Shown: positions 27,788 to 37,211 of the stretch, piece by piece
Position numbering within the stretch: position 1 is the first letter of the stretch
Layout of the letters: every line of letters starts with the position of its first letter
From: a bacterium
GTDB taxonomy: Bacteria; Chloroflexota; Dormibacteria; Aeolococcales; Bog-877
Direction of reading: 5' to 3'
Assembly (NCBI GenBank): GCA_021791415.1
Contig: JAJYWQ010000041.1
Coordinates: 5,348 to 69,347, forward strand
DNA: 64,000 nt
The notes under the pieces: model-generated
Told to the model about the DNA's origin: nothing
What the model saw: only the letters and a program-made list of their open reading frames with translations
The model's database searches: none
Translations under genes and position numbers: made by a program

Positions 27788-30538
27788 GTGGGGGCACCCC
27801 CGCTGGAGTTCGGCCCCGGGACGGAGTACGTGGCCTTCGACCTGGAGACGACCGGGCTGTCCCCGCGCTCCGACCGGATCATCGAGGTGGGAGCCGTGAG
27901 GTTCACCGAGGGAGGGCCTTTGGCCCAGCTAACGTCTCTGGCCGACCCGGGCATGCCCCTTCCCCTCGCCATCCAGCGCCTCTGCGGGCTCTCCGACCAC
28001 GACCTCGCCGGCCAGCCGAGCCCTGCCGAGGTAGTCGCCCAGCTGGCGGACTTCGCCAGCGGGGCGGTCCTGGTCGGCCACGGGGTGTCCTTCGACCTCG
28101 CCTTCTGCTCCGCCATCCTGCCGTCGGAATTCGCCCAGCGCCCGGCGGTGGACACCTCCGAGCTGGCGCGGATCATCCTGCCCAGGGCCCCCAGCCACAG
28201 CCTGGAGCAGCTCGGCCAAGCGCTGGGCCTGATCCACGATCGGCCCCACCGGGCGCTGTCGGACGCCGACACCACAAGACTCCTTCTCTGGCGGCTGGCG
28301 GAGGAGATGCGCACGCTAACGCCCGGGCTGAGGGCCCGTCTGGCGGCGATGTCCGCCGGCAGCGGCTGGGCGTCCGGCGAGTTCATGGCAAGCCAGCTCC
28401 AGCCGGTGGAGCCGGGGGGCGGGGACCGGCTCACGGTCCGGCCTCCAGCCCCCTACTCGCCATCCGGCCCCCATCTGGGGGGTCGCCTCGACCCGGCGGA
28501 GGTGGCGGCGGACTTCGCCGAGGGTGGGGTGCTGGCCGCGGCCGATCCGTCCTTTGAGCTTCGCGAGGAGCAGCAGCAGATGGCGGTGGCGGTGACCCAG
28601 GCTTTCAACCGGGAGATGCGTCTTCTGGTGGAGGCCGGCACCGGGGTCGGCAAGTCCCTCGCCTACCTCCACCCAGCACGCGAGTGGGCCCACCGCACCG
28701 GGGACCGGGTCCTGATATCCACCCACACGATCACCCTGCAGGAGCAGCTGGTGGGCAAGGACCTGCCCGCTTTGGAGGCAGCGCGCCCCCTTCCAGTGCG
28801 CGCCGTCGTGCTCAAGGGCCGGGGCAACTACGTCAGCCTGAGGCGGCTCGAGCGATGGCTGAACTCCGCCCCCCCGGGAGGCCGCCGCCGGGACCTGGAC
28901 GAGCTCCGTTTCCAGCTGCGTCTCATGGTATGGGCGGAGCAGACCGACACCGGGGACCGCGGCGAGCTGCGGCTGGCGGGCCGCGACCCTGAGCTCTGGG
29001 AGCAGGTGGGGTCCACCGTGGACGACTGCCTGGGCCCCGCCTGCCACAACTGGCGGGACCGGCGCTGCTTCATGGCCCGAGCCCGGTTGGAGGCTCGCGA
29101 GGCGGACCTGGTCATCGTCAACCACGCCCTGCTCCTGGCCGACGCCGACAGCGGCGGGTCGATCCTCCCTGAGTCCCGTCGGCTGGTGGTGGACGAGGCC
29201 CACCACCTCGAGGAGGCTGCCACCCAGGCCCAGTCCGACCGCCTGGGCCCCGGTCGAGTCGCCGCGGTCGTCGACAGGCTGCCCCGGTTCGGGGACGCTC
29301 CCTTGGCCGGTTGGCTGCGCTCGGCCCGTGAGGCGGTGCAGAACGCCTTCGCGGAGCTGCGCCATCTGCTGGAGCAGCGGGCCGACGGCGGCGACCGCGG
29401 GGCCTTGGTCCTGGACCCGCGGCTGGCCGACGATCCGGCCTGGGCCCGATGTGCCCGAGCGCTGGGCCGTGCCCAGTCGGCCGCTCAGCGGGCCGCGGTG
29501 GGGCTGCGTCAGGCGGCGGTCGCCGCTCCCCTCCAGGAGATGCTCTGGCCGCAACCAGACAACGCCGCTCGCGAGTGCCTGCTGGCGGCCGACTCTCTCC
29601 AGAGCTGCGCCGACTTTCTGGCCTTCACCCTGGCGGCGGTGGCCGGGGAGCCGGCGGCGAGCCAGCGAGTGATCTGGGCCGAGCTGGAGGCCAGAGGTCG
29701 CGCCGTGCTCCGCTCCGCCCCCTACGAGATTGGGGCCACGCTGGCCGAGCAGCTCTTCTCCCGGATGGACACCGTGGTGTTGACCTCAGCCACCCTGGCG
29801 GTGGCGGGATCCTTTCGCTACGTGCGCGATCGCCTGGGCTTCGACGGCGGAGAGGAGCTGGTCCTGGACTCACCGTTCGACTTCCTGAGCCAGGCCCTCC
29901 TCTGCATCCCCCGGGGCATCCCACCCCACGACGACCCGCGGCACGCTGAGGTGGTGGCCCGACTGGTCGACGAGGTGGCCACCGAGCTGGGCGGGCGCAC
30001 CCTGGTCCTCTTCACTGGGTACGCCTCACTGAGGGAGGTGGCCTCCCGTCTGCGCCCGCGGCTCCAGGGCCGCGGGATCGCCCTTTTGGCCCAGGGGCTC
30101 GACGGCACCCGCAACCAGCTCCTGCGTGGCTTCCGCGACCACCCCCGCACCGTGCTCATGGGCACCAGCAGCTTCTGGGAGGGGATAGATCTGCCAGGCG
30201 ACCTGCTCCAGTGCGTGGTCATCGACAAGCTGCCCTTCCCGGTGCCCTCTGACCCCATCTTCCAGGCCCGCGCCCGCGGGCGTCCCGACTCCTTCACCCA
30301 GCTCTCCCTCCCAGAGGCCGTGCTGCGCCTCAAGCAGGGGTTCGGCCGGCTGGTGCGGGGCCGGGACGACCGGGGCGCGGTGGTGGTCTGTGACCCTCGG
30401 ATTCACCAGCGCCGCTACGGCCAGAGCTTCGTCGCGGCGCTGCCCCGGGCGACCATCTCCGACCAGCCTGTGGAGGCGGTCGGCTCGCTGGTCGGGGAGT
30501 TCGTTAGGGCGCGGCGGGGACCGCGCCGGATCCCCTGA
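27788..30538 (+). CDS. dinG: DnaQ-type 3'-5' exonuclease fused to DinG-family helicase
   Basis: FDLETTGL (Exo I), HGVSFDL, H..LSDA (Exo III); helicase EAGTGVGKSLAYL, DEAHHLEE, C-terminal SFWEGIDLPG. GTG 27788 chosen. Confidence 0.9.
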   Translation: MGAPPLEFGPGTEYVAFDLETTGLSPRSDRIIEVGAVRFTEGGPLAQLTSLADPGMPLPLAIQRLCGLSDHDLAGQPSPAEVVAQLADFASGAVLVGHGVSFDLAFCSAILPSEFAQRPAVDTSELARIILPRAPSHSLEQLGQALGLIHDRPHRALSDADTTRLLLWRLAEEMRTLTPGLRARLAAMSAGSGWASGEFMASQLQPVEPGGGDRLTVRPPAPYSPSGPHLGGRLDPAEVAADFAEGGVLAAADPSFELREEQQQMAVAVTQAFNREMRLLVEAGTGVGKSLAYLHPAREWAHRTGDRVLISTHTITLQEQLVGKDLPALEAARPLPVRAVVLKGRGNYVSLRRLERWLNSAPPGGRRRDLDELRFQLRLMVWAEQTDTGDRGELRLAGRDPELWEQVGSTVDDCLGPACHNWRDRRCFMARARLEAREADLVIVNHALLLADADSGGSILPESRRLVVDEAHHLEEAATQAQSDRLGPGRVAAVVDRLPRFGDAPLAGWLRSAREAVQNAFAELRHLLEQRADGGDRGALVLDPRLADDPAWARCARALGRAQSAAQRAAVGLRQAAVAAPLQEMLWPQPDNAARECLLAADSLQSCADFLAFTLAAVAGEPAASQRVIWAELEARGRAVLRSAPYEIGATLAEQLFSRMDTVVLTSATLAVAGSFRYVRDRLGFDGGEELVLDSPFDFLSQALLCIPRGIPPHDDPRHAEVVARLVDEVATELGGRTLVLFTGYASLREVASRLRPRLQGRGIALLAQGLDGTRNQLLRGFRDHPRTVLMGTSSFWEGIDLPGDLLQCVVIDKLPFPVPSDPIFQARARGRPDSFTQLSLPEAVLRLKQGFGRLVRGRDDRGAVVVCDPRIHQRRYGQSFVAALPRATISDQPVEAVGSLVGEFVRARRGPRRIP

Positions 30539-30550
30539 GGTCGAGCGCAG

Positions 30551-31231
30551 ATGGGCACCCTCCATGTGGTAGCCACCCCAATCGGCAACCTCGGGGACAT
30601 CTCTCCACGCGCCGAGCAGCTCCTGCGCTCGGTTCAGGTGGTGGTGGCGGAGGACCCCCGGCATAGCCGCCGGCTGCTCGACCATCTGGGGGTCAGGCCG
30701 CAGCTGATCTCCCTGCCCGCGCCTCGGGAGGTGGAGCGTATCGGGAAGGTTCTCGCGGCGCTGGAGGGCTCAGACGTCGCCCTGATCTCGGATGCCGGAA
30801 CCCCGGGGATCAGCGACCCCGGCCGCAGGCTGGTGGCCGCGGCGAGGGCTGCGGGCCACCCGGTGCTGGCCATCCCGGGCCCGTCGGCGGTGGTGGCGGC
30901 GGTGGCGGCCAGCGGGCTGCGCGCCGACCGGTTCGCCTTCCTCGGGTTCCTGCCCCGGACGCGCGGGCGGATGGCCCGAGTCCTGGGCTCCGCACCCGAA
31001 CTGGCCCTGGTCTTCTTTGAGGCCCCGCAGCGCCTGGCCGCCACGCTTGCGCTCTGCGCTGAGCTTCTCCCCGACCGGCAGGTGGCGGTGGCTCGCGAGA
31101 TCTCCAAGCTGCATGAGAGCTGGCACCTGGGCACCGCCGCCGAGCTTGCCGCGCAGTTCCGCTCGGCGCCGGCGCGCGGGGAGTGCACGGTGGTGGTGGA
31201 GGCCCCGGCCCGCGGCGCGCGCCGTGGGTGA
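30551..31231 (+). CDS. rsmI: 16S rRNA (cytidine1402-2'-O)-methyltransferase
   Basis: GTLHVVATPIGNLGDISPRA, VVAEDPRHSRRLL, SDAGTPGISDPG. Confidence 0.9.
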   Translation: MGTLHVVATPIGNLGDISPRAEQLLRSVQVVVAEDPRHSRRLLDHLGVRPQLISLPAPREVERIGKVLAALEGSDVALISDAGTPGISDPGRRLVAAARAAGHPVLAIPGPSAVVAAVAASGLRADRFAFLGFLPRTRGRMARVLGSAPELALVFFEAPQRLAATLALCAELLPDRQVAVAREISKLHESWHLGTAAELAAQFRSAPARGECTVVVEAPARGARRG

Positions 31232-32018
31232 GATCCAGCTGGTGGATGCCCACTGCCATCTGGACGAGCTGGAGCGACGGGGAATGCCGGCCTCGGAGGC
31301 CATCGCCGCGGCCGCCGACTCGGGGGTCCTGCAGATGGTCACCAGCGGGGACTCCCCGGCCGAGAACCAACGGGCCCGAGAGCTGGCCGAGGCGTACCCG
31401 GGGGTCTTCTTCACCCCCGGCTGGCATCCCAGCAACGGACGCGCCCCGTCCAGCGCGGAGTGGCGGGAGATCCGCGACCTCCTCGGCCACCCGCGGGCGG
31501 TAGCCCTGGGGGAGGTCGGGTTGGACTACCACCGGTGGGATGGAGCGGCCATCTGGGATCCCCGAGAGCAGCGCAACCTCCTGCGGTCGATGCTGGAGTT
31601 GGCCGCGGAGGTTGGCAAGCCGGTGGTCATCCACCAGCGGGACGCCGGAGGGGACCTGCTCGGCGTTCTGGACTCCTCACCGAAAGTGCCGACCATGCTC
31701 CACTGCTTCAGCGGCGGGGCGGAGTTCGCCCAGGCCGCGATCTCCCGGGGGCTCCACTGCTCCTTCGCCGGCAACCTCACCTTCGGCTCCGCCGCCCAGC
31801 TGCGGGAGGCGGCATCGGTGGTGCCCCCTGAGCTGCTGCTCCTGGAGACCGACTCCCCGTTCCTGGCACCGCATCCACTGCGGGGCCGGGTCTGCCACCC
31901 GGCCCTGGTGAGGCTGACGGCGTCCTGGCTGGCCAACCATCTGGGAGTTGGGCTGGACACCGTGGCGGAGCGGAGCAGCTCCACGGCTCGGGCCTTCTTC
32001 CAGCTTCCCCCGCCGTGA
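31224..32018 (+). CDS. tatD: TatD family metal-dependent hydrolase/DNase
   Basis: LVDAHCHLD, GEVGLDYH, VVIHQRDA, LHCFSG, LLLETDSPFLAP. Start GTG 31224 (alternative 31242). Confidence 0.85.
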   Translation: MGEIQLVDAHCHLDELERRGMPASEAIAAAADSGVLQMVTSGDSPAENQRARELAEAYPGVFFTPGWHPSNGRAPSSAEWREIRDLLGHPRAVALGEVGLDYHRWDGAAIWDPREQRNLLRSMLELAAEVGKPVVIHQRDAGGDLLGVLDSSPKVPTMLHCFSGGAEFAQAAISRGLHCSFAGNLTFGSAAQLREAASVVPPELLLLETDSPFLAPHPLRGRVCHPALVRLTASWLANHLGVGLDTVAERSSSTARAFFQLPPP

Positions 32019-32866
32019 GGGGGCTGGACCTCTGCCGGGAGTCCACCACCAGGGCCGTGGCCCGCCGCTTCGGCCTCTCCCCTGAGCGGGGGAGGGGGCA
32101 GAGTTTCCTGGTCGACCGCCAGGTGCGGGATGCCATCGTGGCCTCCCTGCCGGAGACTCCGAGGCTCGTCCTGGAGATCGGGCCAGGGCTCGGATCGCTG
32201 ACCCAGGGGCTGCTGGAGTCAGGCCGGACGGTGATCGGGGTGGAGGTCGACCACCGCGCGGTCGCGGCCCTCGGGCTGCTCCGGGTCCGCCATCCCGGGC
32301 TCCGGGTGGTGGAGGAGAGCGCCCTGCGCGTCGGCCCCTCGGAGCTGGGGCTTAGCCCGCCGTACATCGCGGTGGGGAACCTGCCCTACAGCATCACCGG
32401 TGTGCTCCTGAATCACCTTCTGGACATGGAGCCCGCCCCGCTCAGCTGCCATCTCCTCCTCCAGCGTGAGGTGGCGCTGCGGCTGGCGGCGCCGGTGGGA
32501 AGCTGGTCCCTGGCCACCCTGGCGGTCCAGCTCGCGGCCACCTGCGAGGTCGGGCTTCTGGTGGGCCCGGAGAGCTTCTGGCCGCGCCCCAAGGTGAGCA
32601 GCGCCCTTGTCCAGCTGGTCCCCCGGCGGGTGCTCGAACGCTCGGCGCGGGAGGCCCTCCTGCAACTGGCGCGCCCCATCTTCCAGCAGCGGCGCAAGCA
32701 GCTGCGGCACGGGGTCGCCGTGGCCATGGGGGTGAGCCCGCGGCAGGCCGGCCGACTGTTGGAGCTGGCCCAGATCGACCCCGCCCAGCGCCCTGGGGCC
32801 ATCGACATCGGGCAGTGGGTCAGGTTGGCCGCCGTCGTAGCGGGCGGAGCAGGGGAGTGGCGGTGA
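32015..32866 (+). CDS. rsmA: 16S rRNA (adenine1518/1519-N6)-dimethyltransferase
   Basis: GQSFLVD, VLEIGPGLGSLT, VGNLPYSIT, FWPRPKVSSALV. Confidence 0.9.
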   Translation: MRGLDLCRESTTRAVARRFGLSPERGRGQSFLVDRQVRDAIVASLPETPRLVLEIGPGLGSLTQGLLESGRTVIGVEVDHRAVAALGLLRVRHPGLRVVEESALRVGPSELGLSPPYIAVGNLPYSITGVLLNHLLDMEPAPLSCHLLLQREVALRLAAPVGSWSLATLAVQLAATCEVGLLVGPESFWPRPKVSSALVQLVPRRVLERSAREALLQLARPIFQQRRKQLRHGVAVAMGVSPRQAGRLLELAQIDPAQRPGAIDIGQWVRLAAVVAGGAGEWR

Positions 32867-32879
32867 TATATTCGCCCCC

Positions 32880-34208
32880 ATGACGGCTGTGGGCCAGATG
32901 GTCCCTGGGACCCAGCGGCCCTCCTCTCCTGGCCCCGCCGGCTTCCGTCAGGCTTTGGCCAGCCGGGACTTCCGTCTCCTCTGGGCAGCTCAGGTGGCGG
33001 CTCAACTGGGGGACAAGTTCTTCGCCTTCTCGCTTCTCCTGTCCATCTACTCCCTCACCCACCTGTACCTCAGCGACGCCGCCCTCCTTTTGGCCTACAC
33101 CATCCCTGCCGTGTTCCTCTCGGTGCCGGCCGGAATTTTCGCCGACCGCTACGACAAGAAGGTCCTCATGATGTGGACCAACCTCAGCCGCGGGATCCTG
33201 GTCCTGGGCGTGCCCCTCTTGGAGTTGACGGGGGTGGCGCAGCACCAGGTGGCGCCCCTCTATGCCATCACCCTGGTCTTCGCCGGTGTGGGGCAGCTTT
33301 TCGCTCCCGCCGAAGCGGCCAGCATCCCCAACCTGGTGCGGCGCGAGGACGTGCCGGCGGCCACCTCGCTGTTCACCGTGACCATCGTCATGACCATCGT
33401 CGTCTCGGTCCCCCTGGCCTCCCTGGCCCAGCGCGTTCTGGGGCAGGAGGGCCCCTACTACTTCGGCGCCAGCCTCTTCGCCCTGGCCTCGGGTGCCATC
33501 TGGCTGATCCGGGCCCGGCTGGCCGCCACCCACAGCGAGTCCCACTCCGTCACCCGTGGGATCGGCCGGACCGTGGACGAGGTGCGCGAGGTGCTGGTGG
33601 TGATCCGGGAGAGCCCGATACTGCCGTTCGCCTTCGGCATGCTGACCCTGGCCCTGGTGATCGTCTTCACCATCTTTGCTCTCTCCGCCGGCTACATGCA
33701 GCACGTGCTGCTCCGGCGACCGCAGGACAGCTACATCCTCCTGGTGCCGGCCACCGTGGGCATGGTGCTGGCCGGGACACTGATCAGCCGCCGGCCGGGG
33801 GTCTCTGGAGGGGCGAGGAGGGCGTCCCTCGGGCTCACGCTGGCCGGGGCCGCGATGCTGGTCCTGGGTGTCCTCCCTCCGGTCCTCCGCCAACTGGGCG
33901 TGGACGGGGCGCTGGTCCCTCTGGCCATCGGGCTGGCGGTCATCTTCGGAGCCGGGCTGGGCGCCGTGCTGATCCCCTGTCTGGTTCTGATCCAGGAGGG
34001 CACCGAGGAGGCCACCCGGGGCAGGATCTTCGGGGGTGCCTTCCTGCTCATCAACCTGGCCATCGCCCTGCCGCTGCTGGTCGCGGGAGCGGTGGCTGAC
34101 GTGGTGGGCGCCAGCGATGTCATCGCCGTCCTCGGGGTCTGCCTGGTGGCTGCTGGCGGACTGGCGCTGGGGCGTTCGTGGGGGCAGGGCCCGGTTACGG
34201 CCCGGTAG
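32880..34208 (+). CDS. MFS transporter
   Basis: About 12 predicted TM helices; GIFADRYDKK loop motif between TM2 and TM3. Confidence 0.8.
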   Translation: MTAVGQMVPGTQRPSSPGPAGFRQALASRDFRLLWAAQVAAQLGDKFFAFSLLLSIYSLTHLYLSDAALLLAYTIPAVFLSVPAGIFADRYDKKVLMMWTNLSRGILVLGVPLLELTGVAQHQVAPLYAITLVFAGVGQLFAPAEAASIPNLVRREDVPAATSLFTVTIVMTIVVSVPLASLAQRVLGQEGPYYFGASLFALASGAIWLIRARLAATHSESHSVTRGIGRTVDEVREVLVVIRESPILPFAFGMLTLALVIVFTIFALSAGYMQHVLLRRPQDSYILLVPATVGMVLAGTLISRRPGVSGGARRASLGLTLAGAAMLVLGVLPPVLRQLGVDGALVPLAIGLAVIFGAGLGAVLIPCLVLIQEGTEEATRGRIFGGAFLLINLAIALPLLVAGAVADVVGASDVIAVLGVCLVAAGGLALGRSWGQGPVTAR

Positions 34209-34269
34209 CGGCGTGTGGCAGTCCGTTGGCGGTGGCGCTCACCTCGCCTCCTCGCACTTCAATGGCACC

Positions 34270-34452
34270 ATGCGTGCGGTGGTGAGCTGCGAGGCCTGTG
34301 GCTTCCGACAGGAGGTGGAACGAGATATCCCTCGGCCCACCACCTTCCACCTGATCTGCCACCACTGCGAGCAAAGCCTGCGCGTCACCGTCACCGCCGC
34401 CGACATCCGGACCGCCGAGGCCATGGTCCGCCCCCGGACCGCGATCTCCTGA
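34270..34452 (+). CDS. Small CxxC...CxxC zinc-ribbon-like protein (60 aa), hypothetical
   Basis: MRAVVSCEACGFRQ...LICHHCEQS; high GC3 in this frame; no clear SD. An in-frame GTG at 34213 is an alternative start. Confidence 0.35.
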   Translation: MRAVVSCEACGFRQEVERDIPRPTTFHLICHHCEQSLRVTVTAADIRTAEAMVRPRTAIS

Positions 34453-34455
34453 GCC

Positions 34456-34770
34456 TCAGACGGCCCAGCGCGCGAGCCCCTGCGGAACCTCCTCCCGGGC
34501 TCCGGCCAGGGCCGCGATCCGCTGCTCCTCTCCGTCGAAGTCCAGGGGGAGCTGGCGTGCCAGGGGCAGAATCCGTCCGCAGCGCGCCCGCTCCCGGAGC
34601 CGGGCCCGCCTCTCCGGGTCCTGCGCGGAGCAGGCCACGCTGCAGTACCGGGCGGTTGGCTTCTTGACCGCGGCGCCGCACCCGGCGCGGGCACAGATGC
34701 GGGGTGGGCGGGGGCTGCGGGAAGGAGTCACGGGGCCCCATGTTAAGCCCTCCTTAAGGCCCGCTGTCAA
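34456..34770 (-). CDS. Small Cys-motif protein (C-x4-C ... YCSxxC + Arg-rich helix), hypothetical; start uncertain or frameshifted
   Basis: RICARAGCGAAVKKPTARYCSVACSAQDPERRARLRERA, a motif I recall from actinobacterial/phage small proteins. Only this frame has high GC3. A strong AAGGAGGG-N6-ATG (ATG at 34741) is out of frame by 1 nt. Confidence 0.4.
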   Translation of the reverse strand: MTAGLKEGLTWGPVTPSRSPRPPRICARAGCGAAVKKPTARYCSVACSAQDPERRARLRERARCGRILPLARQLPLDFDGEEQRIAALAGAREEVPQGLARWAV

Positions 34771-35340
34771 TGCCGAAAAAGGCTCAGAAATTTAGGGATT
34801 TCGTGGCCGCTGCCCGGACCCGGTTTATCCTCTTTTTCCCCACTTCGGGTGTGGACAAGCAGGCCCCCGGTGGAAGTCCGCGCGGGGCCTCAGAGGCGGG
34901 CACCCCGTCCGCCCAGGGGCAGGAGCACATGCCGGCGCGGGACCGAGCCCGGTCCCGGGACCATGTCAGGCGAACCGCTTCTTGGGAAGGAGATCGACCA
35001 GAAGGGTCGGGCCGGCGACCGCCGGACGGCCCGCATCCCGGCTCGGTCGAGCCGGAACAAGGGCGGCCCCGGCCTGGCCAACCGGGGCCTCAGACCGGTT
35101 GGGGACCGCTGCCGACGCGGGCCTGGCCCCGGAACCACTTCCCTTCTTCCGGAGGGGAGGGGAGGGGCTTGGCCGTAAGAGAGGGTGACGTAGGGCGCGG
35201 TTCTCAGAAGCGGCACCGGGCTCGCCTGGGGCGCGGTCCTTCGAGATCACGGCCAGGGATGCCATGTGCTCCATTGGCCTGGGGCAGCCGCTCCGGTGCT
35301 GGCGCTGCCCGGACGCTGTAGTCTCGAGCCGGTGCCCTCC

Positions 35341-35883
35341 GTGGTGAATCTCCGGCCGATGACACTCGAAGACCTCCCAGCGGTTGGAATGTGGCTGCGT
35401 GAGCCCCACGTGGCGCGCTGGTGGACGCCGGACTCGACGGCTGAGAGGGAGTTGGCACAGCTGCGCGCGAGGCTGAAGGAGGGGGCCAGTTCAGCCACCA
35501 AACTGTGCACGGTCTCGTTTGGCGGGCGGCCCGTGGGGTGGTGCCAGTGGTATCGGTGGGAGGACTACCCGACGGAGGCCGAGGCGGTTGGGGCCGAGGA
35601 CGGTGAGGTGGGGGCCGACTACGCCATCGGCGTCGTGGACCTGTTGGGCCGCGGATTGGGGACGGCGATGATCGCCGCTTTGGCCCAGGAGGTGGGGCGC
35701 CATCATCGCGGCGCCGGGATGTTGATCGCGCCCGAGGCGGCGAACGCCGCCTCCCGGAGGGTCCTCGAGAAGAACGGCTTCCGATTGCAGTCCATACGTG
35801 CACTCGCCACTGAGCCGCACGACCGGCCGATGGCCATCTACCGCCTGGAGCCACTGGAGCTGGACGGTGCGGGCCAGCGGTAG
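35341..35883 (+). CDS. GNAT family N-acetyltransferase (AAC(6')/Acetyltransf_8-like)
   Basis: LRPMTLEDLPAVGMWLREPHVARWW, VDLLGRGLGTAMI, ANAASRRVLEKNGF. Confidence 0.75.
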   Translation: MVNLRPMTLEDLPAVGMWLREPHVARWWTPDSTAERELAQLRARLKEGASSATKLCTVSFGGRPVGWCQWYRWEDYPTEAEAVGAEDGEVGADYAIGVVDLLGRGLGTAMIAALAQEVGRHHRGAGMLIAPEAANAASRRVLEKNGFRLQSIRALATEPHDRPMAIYRLEPLELDGAGQR

Positions 35884-36731
35884 TCGCGGCCGCACCCGGC
35901 TGGTCCCATCGTGTTGGTGCCGGGTGGATCCCGGCCTGGGTCCGCTGCGACTTCGCCACCTACTTCCAGCCCGGCCAGCGCTTCGACCACTGGATCACCG
36001 AGTTCCGAGGTAGCAGCGGGCGTTGGGTACGGGTTGACCCAGAAGTAGCCGCCCAGTCGAGGGTCGAACATCTCGAAGATCTCCGGCCTGATGAGTTTTT
36101 GACTGGTGCCGAGGCGTGGAACGCTTTCCGGCGAGGGGCCATCGACGCCGACACGTTCTAAGTGTTTGGCACCGGGAACTGGGGCCCGGTGAGATCCGGG
36201 GCAACCTGGTCAAGGGCCTGGCCTAGCTGAACAAGGTGGAGATGCTTCCCTGGGACGTGTGGGGGCGCATGGAGGACGCCTGCCAGGGGAGGGCCGGCGA
36301 CGACTATGACGACCTACTTGGCGCGATCGCTGCCAGCTGCGCCGCCGACGACCTCGAAGCGCTGTCTGCCTTGTACTCTCGCCCCGTTCTACGAGTGCCG
36401 GACGAGCTGATCTGCTGACGTAGCGGCGCTCCTCCTCGGCGGACCTGCCGTGCGTCGCTGCGTGCTCCGTCCCGGGACGAGGCCCGTGGAGGCGCAAGTC
36501 CGCGGCCGCGCAGGCGACGCATAGTTCCCAACTTTCCCCGAGCTTCGCACGGCGTTGAGGGGCGAGCCCCACGACCCGCAAGCGAAGGTGGCGCAAGGAC
36601 GATGAACATGGGCGGGCCAGCGGCGCCTCGCCCCCCCGCTTGCCCTCGGGGAGCCAAAGATCCTCAGGCGAATGCTGGGAAGTCTGGAGACCTGTCATCC
36701 GACTGCCGGTCCCAGCAAGGGTTCACTGCAC

Positions 36732-37082
36732 GGCGAGCCTGTCAGCCCCGGACGCACGTCCGTCCCTTTCCGAGCGGCCCGGTGGCTCGAGGACCTAGAA
36801 CGATATCAGGAGGGCGGTGTGTTGGTCGCGCAGGCAAAAGTGCCAGCGTGGACACCGCTCTTCGACAGAACTGCCGCCGTCGTCACCGATGGGGACAGCC
36901 TCGCGGCGCACGCCTCGCTGGTTGCTCGTGAGTAAGGCCTCCGCGCTGTCGCCGCGACCCGCGACGCCACATCTGGTCTCCAGGATGGCCAACGGGTGAC
37001 AGTTGATGGAGGAGGAGGTTTCGTCAAGGTTGAATCAGTGCGGTGGTTTCCGGGGCCACTGAGCTGCGCGCAGCCATGGTGA
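36732..37082 (+). pseudogene. Remnant of the C-terminal swivel (mobile) domain of a PEP-utilising enzyme (PEP synthase / rifampin phosphotransferase type), with in-frame TAA
   Basis: GEPVSPGR...EGGVLVAQAKVPAWTPLFDRTAAVVTDGDSLAAHASLVARE-TAA-GLRAVAATRDATSGLQDGQRVTVDGGGGFVKVESV. Stop at 36933-36935 sits where the conserved Tyr of ARE-Y-G-xP-AV is expected. The N-terminal ~700 aa are missing. Confidence 0.6.
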
Positions 37083-37211
37083 CACTGGTCGCGGTGATGA
37101 GGCGCTTCGCGCCGAGCCACGGCGAGGATGTCCCCAGGCGGCGAAAGACAGGGCCGGTGCCGGGAGGAGGGGGGGTGCTCGGGGCTCTGGGGCGTTCGCG
37201 GGTGCCGCCGT

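Noticed and set aside
35151-35168. Short GGAGG/GGGGA tandem repeat
   Set aside because: Only about three units. It is too short for any repeat class and is likely chance in GC-rich DNA.
34872-35200. RNase P RNA (GGAAGTCCG resembles the GGAAAGTCCGGGC motif)
   Set aside because: The other universally conserved RNase P blocks (ACAGAAA..CCGCC, GGTAAGGGTGAAA, ACAGAACCCGGCTTA) are absent.
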